Below the pieces are notes generated by a model, which searched no databases, was not told where the DNA came from, and saw only the letters and a program-made list of their open reading frames with translations. A stretch of 55,165 nucleotides of DNA from Rhizaria sp. SCN 62-66. Lineage: Eukaryota. The DNA is taken from positions 62,001 to 117,165 of the forward strand of contig MEDY01000039.1 of the NCBI GenBank assembly GCA_001724265.1, read 5' to 3'. The translations under genes and the position numbers were made by a program. Shown piece after piece: positions 13,901 through 22,900 of this stretch. How positions within the stretch are numbered: position 1 is the stretch's first letter; the number at the start of each line of letters is the position of its first letter.

Positions 13901-16900
13901 CAGTTGGCGCGGTCGACGCGTCGCCCGCGGTCGAAGAGGCCGACGGGCGGAGACTGCGCCGGTCAGTGGTCGCCACCGCGATGGGCCGCAACACGTGCTC
14001 GAGCTGGTGCCGCAGCAGAGAGAGGAACAAGAACGGGTCTTTGACCACCAGAGGCGCGGTCTCATCGCTGGTGCTCTTCGCACCGTCCGCAGCAGTGGCG
14101 GCGGTGGTGGACTCAGCGTCAGTTGTAGTGGCGTCGCCGTCGCTCGCAGTCGAGCCGCCACTGGCCGCAGCGGCAGCGGCAGCAGCGTCGAGCGCCTTGC
14201 GCCGGCGCCGGCCAGCCGCGCCCCCAGCGCCTGTGCTCGCCGCGGGACGCGCCTGCGGGATACCGAGCGGCAGCAGCGCGACGGCAGCGGGGACGGTGCC
14301 AGCAGGGCAAAGAGCGTCTAAGTCGTTGCAGCTGATCTTGACACGGGGGCCAGGCACAAGAGCTGCAGCGGCAAGCGCTGCGAGTGTGGCAGACTGCAGC
14401 CGTGCGCGGAGGCTCTGCATCAGACTCACTGTGACGCCGGTGCCGGGCCTGCGCAGCGAGCAGACGCGCACGATGACGAAGCTCGTCGCTGCGGTGCCCA
14501 TCGTTGGCATCGCAGTCAAGCCACGCGTCTTGCGCCGCAGCGGTCCTGCGCTCAAAGGCTGTTGCGACCCACCGCTAGAGCTGTTCGTGTCGTCCTGGAA
14601 GGTCGAAACCGCAGTCACCATGTCGTGCTCGTCGATCGTCGTGACAAACGAGCCGCGCTGGCTCCGCAGCAGTGCCTGCGACACACTCAGCGCCAGCGGC
14701 TGTCCCGGCACAGCCTCAACGGGCGTTCCAAGTGCGTCAAGCACCGCGGGGCCGTGCAGCGCGGCAACGTGGAAATAGCTCACTTCGCCCACAGCGTCGT
14801 CGCGGTGTACGTACAGTCCGCGCCGGTTGGTGACCGTGAGCGGGAACAACGCGCTCGACGCCAGCGACCGCAGCGCATCGCCCGCGACGCGGTCGTGCAC
14901 AGGAATAAGACACAGACATGACAGCGAGCACGCGAGCGAGCCGGGCGACGGCTGCGGTGGCGTTGCCATGAACCGACTAGCAATGACACCACTCACGAGC
15001 ACTTCACGCCGGCGCTCGTCCTCGTACTCGCGGCGGCGGCCGAACGCGAATCCACCGCCAGCGCCGAGGTCCATACCAGCTGCTGCTGCAGCAGCAGTGG
15101 CCGCTGCAGCAGCTGCAGTTGTGCGCCTGGGCGCGCGCGTGGTCGCTCCACCGGTCAACTTGCCGCGGTTGCCGGTAGTGGCTGTGGGCGTCGGCGGCAC
15201 CATTGCGGCCTGCTTTTGCTCAAAGATAAGCCGCCTGAGCGAAGACGCGCCGTGCGAGGAGGCGAAGGCGTCCCACGGCGACTGGACCTGGCTGGCGTCC
15301 GTCGGCGCAACAGCAGGCGGCGGCGGGACAAGCAACGCGGAGCAACGACGTGTGCGGTAGAGCTTGGCAAGAAGGCACTGCTGGTTGATGATACGGACAG
15401 CAGCAAGCAGTGCGGTCAGGGTTTGCGAGAGAATGCGATCAACGTACTGCAGAGGCAGTAGAGTCGTGTGCAAGTACACGCTGACGTACACGACGTGTGG
15501 TGTAATAGGGTCAAAGAGAGCTGACGGGCGCAAGTCTAAATCGACCTTGTCGGCCTCGCAGTCAGGCGTCTCGTCAGAACTCGTCGCAGGCTCACTGTTC
15601 GAGCTATAGCCGGAGCCGGAGCTCGAGCTCGAGCTGACGGTCGCACTGTTTTGCCCAGTTTGCGTTTGGGCGGCACTGTTATTCACGTTGCTGGTGGCAA
15701 CACTCTTTGTGCTTGAGGGCGTGATAGATGCAGCAGCCGCAGCAGCGGCGGCCGCAGCGGGCGATAGCGTCGCGGTAAGCGCAGAGTCCATGTGACAGGA
15801 CTGGCACATGACATCGTCCGAGCTCGAGACATTACTGCTACTGCTGTTGCCAGCCGTTGCAGAAGTTGCGCCAGTCCACAGAGGCAGATCAGCGAGATCG
15901 AAGGCGGCGGGAAGCACGGCTGGCAGAGTCGGCAACGGCGGTGGCAAGGTGCCAGGCCGCATAGAGTCGTGCGTGTCGATAAACAGCCAGAAAGGACGCG
16001 CACTGCTTCCCTTCTCAATCGCACTCGCGCCCGCAGTTGTAGCAGGAGTGCCGCTCGTGCTGGAGCGCGACGGGGGATTGAGATAAAGCATAGGCCGGCC
16101 TTGATAGTGAACCGCGGAGAATTGCAGCGCAGCGCCGCTTTCTTCAGCTGCAGCTGCGGCAGCTGCCGCTGCAGCCGCGTCATCGCCAGCACCTGAGAAA
16201 ACGTTGGAAATATCAAGTGCCGCATTCGTACCGTGGCGGTAGACGAGACTGGTAGCACGGAGCACTGCTGATGGCAACAAAGTCAATGCATGCTCGCGCG
16301 CAGCGGGCAAGAACGTAATCGGGAGACGGAACGAGTAGGCTGCGGGAGCTGAAAGCTGCTTCAAATACTTGAACACGGAGTTGATCGTGTCTGTAGACAG
16401 CGTTGTGGCGCCGTTATTCACCGTCTCAGTTGCCGCCACTGTCGCTGCGCTCGTGTCGATGCTGTTCGACATCGCAGTTGCAGCAGCAGCGGTGGTCACA
16501 CTGCTGCTCGTGCTGGAGTTCGCACCAAGCGGGAACGCAATATCGAGCAACTTCAACAGAGCCTCATCAGCAACAAGTGCAGAGATACGGGTCGACAGCC
16601 GGCGTGCAAGCGCGCTGACGCACGGGTGAATGCACTCTTCAGTGTTCAATGAGTGATGCTGACGCTGGTTGCCAACACTCGCGTTCACACCAGCAGTACC
16701 AGCGGCGCGAGAGTGAGTTGCATCTGACTGGGGAGAATCTAAGTACACGCGCGGTACGTTAGCGTCCCAGTGATACACCCACTTGTCAGTCAACACTTCA
16801 CTCGCGCCACCGCTCACCGCAGCCGATGTTGACTTTGGCTTCAGCGCACCATTGTGATCGCGCTCGCCCTCATCGTCATCGCGGTGGCAGCACGGAGGCA

Positions 16901-19900
16901 GCGGGTCGCGCTCAAACGCTTCGCCATTCTGCGGGGCAACAGTGCGGTGCGCGCTGAGCGAATACAACACGACACGCAGCCGCACGCCCGAAGCAGATGC
17001 CTGCGTGGCAGCTGCGGGGGCGCCAGCGCTGTTGATGTGACTCGCAGTGCTGCCGCCAGTGAGCGAGGGGAGTCCAAGCGCAGCGCCGGCGGCGGGAATG
17101 ACGTAGCCATCCGTGACTGTAAGCACACGTGTCTCAATCTTACTGCCCATATTAGCAGGAGCAGCAATCTCTGCAGTTTCCTGCACCGACGTCGCTGAAG
17201 TCGCGGGGGCAACAGGAACGTCAGCAACAGCCTCCAGACGCAGAAACACCGGCATCATCACCGCGGGCATTCCATCTTCGTCTTCCTCGACGAGCGCTTC
17301 TCCAACGCCCGTTCCCATTGTAGCCCCGGTGCCGGCCGCGGCAGTGAGCGGCAGCGGGACCGTGAGCGCGAAAAGCTCTGTGCCGCGCACGCGCTCGAAG
17401 CCCTGCGCCGCAAGCTCCCTTTGCACGGACTGGCCGAGGCGGCGCATCGAACCGCGCGCGGCGGCCGCGAACAGAGAGGGCGCGGCGGCGCGGGCGGCGC
17501 GCGTGCTGAGGTGGCGCACTCCAGCATCAACAACAGCAGCAGCAGCGTCGCTATCGACGTTGACGCCAGCGTTCGGGTGGTTGTGCGGGGCGACGGCGGC
17601 GGCAGCTGCGGCGACTGCGGCTGTTGCGGCGGGCACGGCTGCGATAAGAGCAGCGGCAGCACCGGCTGGCGCGTTGGGGGACACAGCGGCTTGCAGAATC
17701 GCGACGTCAACCTCGGCGACAGCGGCGACAGTCAGCGCAAGGGCTGAGAGCAGCTCGCTCCGGCGCACAGCAGCGCCCTTGCGGAGGCCGAGCGCAAAGG
17801 CAGAGAGCCGCAGCGAGTCGTGGTGCAGCCGCAGCCGTGCCAGCAGCGCCGGCGTGAAAGGGAACGTCGAGTTGATGAACGTCCGCAGCGTCGCTGGTGA
17901 CGAGGACGGGAGGTCGAGGCCGCGCATCTGGGCGCGGAAGAAGAGGGACGCGACTGGAGACAGCAGCAGCGGCGCCAGCGCGGGGTCGCCGGGCGCAAGC
18001 AGTGGCGCTGCCGTCGTGGCGTTTGCGTTGAGACTACGGAGCGCCCAGGGCAGCAGCGCGGACGCGTGCGCGCGACTGCATGCAAGGTCTTCCTTGGACA
18101 CAAAGTAAAGCCGCACGCGGGTGACAGTGGGCGCGGTGGGCGCGATCTGCGTGCCTGCAGTTGGCGCAAGCATCCCGCTGACGGTGCTATTGCTGTTTGC
18201 AGTGTGGGAGCCGGCGGGCGGAGACGCCTGTGGAGCCGCGCCTGCGTCTGCACCAGAGCTAGGGCTGGATGAGGGTGCGAAACCGACGAAGACGACAGCG
18301 CGCTCCGCAGCGGCACCGGGCTCGCTGTGCGCCAGAGCGTCAGTGCCAGCGCCTGCTGTGACTGCGGGCTCCGTCGCCATAGCGTGCGGGAGCGCACAGA
18401 GCAGAACAGCGGCGTCAGAGACAGGGCGTGCGTAGAGGCGGTTCGGCACAAGCGCAAGCGGGCACATCGCACTGACAAGCGCGATAAGCGAGTGCGAGAG
18501 ATACGCGTGGTGCGCGCCACGCACGGACGCATCCGCGGCGTCCAAGCCGGCGTTTGCGTTCGCGCCGGCGGAGTGTGGCTGCGAGGGCACGGGAAGCATG
18601 ACGTCCACCGTGACCGCAGACGACAGCAGTGCGTGGTAACGGGCAAGCGCGGCATCTTCAGCGGCGGCAGCGGAGCCAGCGGCGGGCGGCACGGGCCGCG
18701 GCGGACCTGGGAACAAGGCGGCAGGCGCGGTGGGGCAAGTCGCCAGGCATGCAAGCTCAGATCTGATGAAGTCGATATCAGAGCTGACGTCAACCACAGC
18801 ATTCACAGCGCTAGTGTCTTCACCCAGTTCACTCAAACCAGAGTTATTGTCCTCGATCTGGACAGAAGTAATGTTAGCTTTGCTGAAAAAAAGTGTTTGA
18901 AGCGCGTTGGCAGCCGATGAATGCTTTGTTGTGACGTCAGCAGTGTAATGCGTGAGCTTAGTCACAGCCTTGCCCACAGTTACTGCGGAAGGATCAGCGT
19001 ACAGCGCGCCTCCATGCGTCGCAAGCGTTGCGTTTCCGGAGCGAGACAGCGGCGGCGGGCACGCTAAGAAAGCAGGAGTTAGCTCAAGCTCGCCTGTCAC
19101 GTTCTGCATCGGGAAAGCGCTCGTGATAGCGTCGCCGTTGTTCTGCAGAAGCGAAGGGAAGCAGTCATTGTTGTCTGCATCAGTGTTGAGGGTTGCAACA
19201 GTGGAAAGCACAGTCGCAGCGCGCGCGTCTGCGGCGCGTGTCCATGAGTGCAGCAATAACGGCAATGACTCGCACGGCACGTAGACACTACTGCCATTGC
19301 TGTGAAGACCACTCTTGCGATCAACGCCAGCATTGTCCTTCTTATAATCACCATCAACAGCATTAGCGACATCCACACTGCCGTCGATGTGGGCTGAGTA
19401 AGCAGACAAAACCTCTACCCACAGTCGCGTGTGCACACGCCACATAGCGCCTTCACCGCCACCGCTATTCGATCTACCGTGGTTGCGCGCGTGGCGGGAC
19501 GACGGGTCGACTAGCACAAGTGCTGTTGAACTCGAGTTTGCAGAGGAGCCGTCCGTTGTTGTGTGAGTGGATACAGGCGAGACTGTGACGGTGTAACAGA
19601 CGCGCACAGTGGCAGTCAAAGGCGTCTTCATGTTGACGCTTGCGTTTGCAATAACAGGGATGTACTTCACCATCACGCACTGCTCACAGTCACCAATAGA
19701 GTTGAAGTCGCTCGCGCTGATGCGACCAGGAGCAAGCATGATATAGCCTTCTTGCAGACGCACTGAGCGCAGCAGCGGGAGAAGCTCTGCAGCCGCGGAA
19801 AGGGATGAACAGTGCCAGTCCCATTCCTGCGCCACTGCGCCCGCTGAGAGCGCCGCCGCAGCCAGAAGCTCCCCGGCCGTCCGACTCTTGCCGAGATAAG

Positions 19901-22900
19901 GAAGAGATTGCCCGTAGAGCCCGTCGCATGCAGCAGTGTCGATAGCCGCAAGCGGCGCCACAGTCTGTTCAATCTCGAGCAGAGACTGGCCAAGCGCAGA
20001 GGGCCAATACAGAGGCAGGGGCAGCGCAGCAAGCGCGGCACTGGCCGCACTCACTGTCAAGTGGTCACTGTCAAACGCGTTGCCACTGGCAGTGTGACTG
20101 TGGTGGAGTCCGCAGTTACATTCCACAGATCCAGGCTCAGCACTAGCATTGCTTGCGTCAAGCCCGACGGCTGCCGCGGTGACGGTCGCACGCTTTCTTG
20201 CGGTCGCTGGAGACTGTGCGCGGCCCTTCGAGTTCTTGGACTCATTGCGCTTTGACTCGCGCTTTGCCGAGTGATCGCGGTTGCGGCTTGACTTATCTCC
20301 ACGCGCACGGCTTGACTTCGACTCAGCGTCAGCAGCCGCCTCAACAGTGCCGGGCTCAGTCACAGTGATAGCAAGAGCAGAACTGCTATTGCTGTTATAG
20401 AGCGTATCTCCGGCGATTGCGACAGCTGTGTAGCTCTCACTCGGAGCAATGTTAGGCAGCGGCAGCACCGAAGACATCATGCGGCCTAACATCCGCGTCG
20501 CAGGCGCAGGCGGACTCTGGCGCACAACACTCTCAACAACACCACTGGCAAGACTCGCTTTCTCAGCAACTGCAGCAGACGCAGCGGCTGCTTTGGCCGC
20601 AGCCGCCGCGTTTGCAGCAGATGCAGCGGCTGCTTCGGCTTGCGCCTTGCGGTCAACCTCAAGCTCAGCCTCTGCGTCAGCGCACGACGGCGCGCGCTTC
20701 AGCCCGGGGCAACACGGGTGGCAAAGCACAGCGTCCGACAGAGACACAACCGCCGCCGCAGCGTTGTTCTGGCCCGTACGAGCCGCGCTGGCGACTGCGA
20801 CGGGCGGGGCGTGGGTCGCCGGGGCAGGGGGCTGGCTGCGACTGCGGACGCGAGAGGGACAAGCACGGACGCCGACCGCACGGGGCCGGAAGCGCTTTGC
20901 AGCCGCAGTCGCATGGGCGCTCACGGTAGCACTGCTGCTATCGGAAACTGCTGTGATCACAACGGCTTTGATCTTGTCGTTGGGTTTCGCTTCGGTGTTA
21001 ACGGGAGTGTCACTGTCGCTGCTGCCATGCTTCTGGCTGTTGGTTCCAACCTCACTGCCGTTGCCGTTGCTGCTGCCGTTGCTCACAGCAGCTGAGGAAG
21101 TGCTCTCAGTCGCGCCCGTCGGCACTGTTGCGGGGACATGCGCCGCTGTCGTCGCAGTGTTCGTCGCGGAAGTCGATGTCGAAGCAACAGTGAGGGTGTG
21201 CGCCAACGATGTGACAGCAGCAGCAGGACTACCACTCCGAGTGTCGGCATCCGCTGAGTTTGCGCTGTTGTCGTCGCCAGTATTGTTCCTCACTTGTGTG
21301 GGCTCAGCGGAAGTAACTGCAGCTGTAGTATCCTCTGCGGGAATCCTCGCAAGCTCAGGCACGGTTAGGCTCAAGAATGACTGTTTCAGCGTGACAGGCT
21401 TCGTGTCAATCTCATCCTCAGCAATAGGTGGTGACGCAACAGCAGCACTGTTACTATCGGCATTAACTTCAGTGACTGTCTTTTCGTCGCTGGTCTCACA
21501 AAGGAACACAAGCGATGAGCCCCAACGCACGCGCATACGCGCAGCTGCAACAGCAGTCATTACAGCAGACAAAGTCGCCGAAACAGCATCATCACGACGC
21601 TTCCTGATGTTCGCGTTCGAAGTTAAGCCGCTCGACGCACCAGGGCCCCAGCGCGGCTGCCACAGGCGCAGAGTGAGCGCGTGCGGTCCGGCGTGCGTGA
21701 CTGTGAGCAGCACCACTTGCTGCTGCGCCACAGTGACCGTGGGCGACGCAGTGTTCGCGAATGTGGTAGGCGCGGGAAGTGTAGTGGCAAACACGCGTGC
21801 CTGAGGGTGCCAGCCGGCATTGGCCCACTGTTTAAGCGTACGGAGAAGCAACAGCAGCAACCACGGCGTCACTGTGTGCCTCACAGAGTATAACGAGCTG
21901 ATAGCATGTGTTTCGTGAGCAACGATAGATGCGGCGGGATATTTCTCGACAACGTGCGGAGCAGCAGTGATATGACCGTCGTTTGACTCAGCAACGCGTG
22001 GGCGCGACAAAGAGCGTGGCTTGCCAGTGTCAAGAGGCGCAGCTTGCGAGGTTGATTTCGCGACAGTTCCTTGGTTGCTGTCAGAGAGAAAGCGCGTGTT
22101 CACAGTCCTCCGGTTGACAGTGAGAAACGCGTTCGCGATCGCGGCCACGACGCCAGCGCCGGCGTCCGCAAGCGCCATGCCCGTGCGCTGTTGCGCTGCG
22201 TAGCACTGGTCGGAGCCAAGGTGACCCGTCGTGCTCACGGTCACTTGGCGCGAATGGTACAGAGTGCGCAGCAACGGCAGCGGGAGCGATGATTGCGCCA
22301 CAGAGAAAGCAGCAACCGCAGCAGCTATGGTCAACTTGCCACCATCAACGCTGTCGCCCCCATTGTCGCGCTTTTGCTGCTGCGATTTCTGCTCACGAAG
22401 CGACTGTGATGCACAGGGGCACTTTGTAATGCGAGCCGCGGTGGCCTGAACAGCAGTGGTGGTCGCACCTACAGTCGCTACGGTCGCGGCGTCACTGCGC
22501 CAAATCGCGGTGACCGTGGGCAGCACAAGCGCCTTGAGCGCAGGACGCTCGCTCTCACTTGCGGTGTTCTCATTGCTGTTCTTGTGAGCGTCAGAGCGGG
22601 GGAGAGCGCTCCAGCCCCACCCGGCGGCCACGGCGGCCTCAGCGGCAGCGGAAGCGGCCTCGGCGGCTGGACGCGAGCGCGGAAGCTGCAGTGACCGCGG
22701 GCGCTGTTGCGCTGCAGTCGCCGAAGTGACAAGCGTGAACATCACAGTGACCGTGGGCACTGCTGTCGCAGAGCTAGCGCCGCGGGTGACTGTGAGCGAA
22801 CAGACGAGGACTGAGTCTTCGGACACCGGCAGAGTCCAGTGCTCACAGTCACCCTGCTCACAGCCACCAGAGGTGGACTCATCGTCATTGGTTAGCGCCA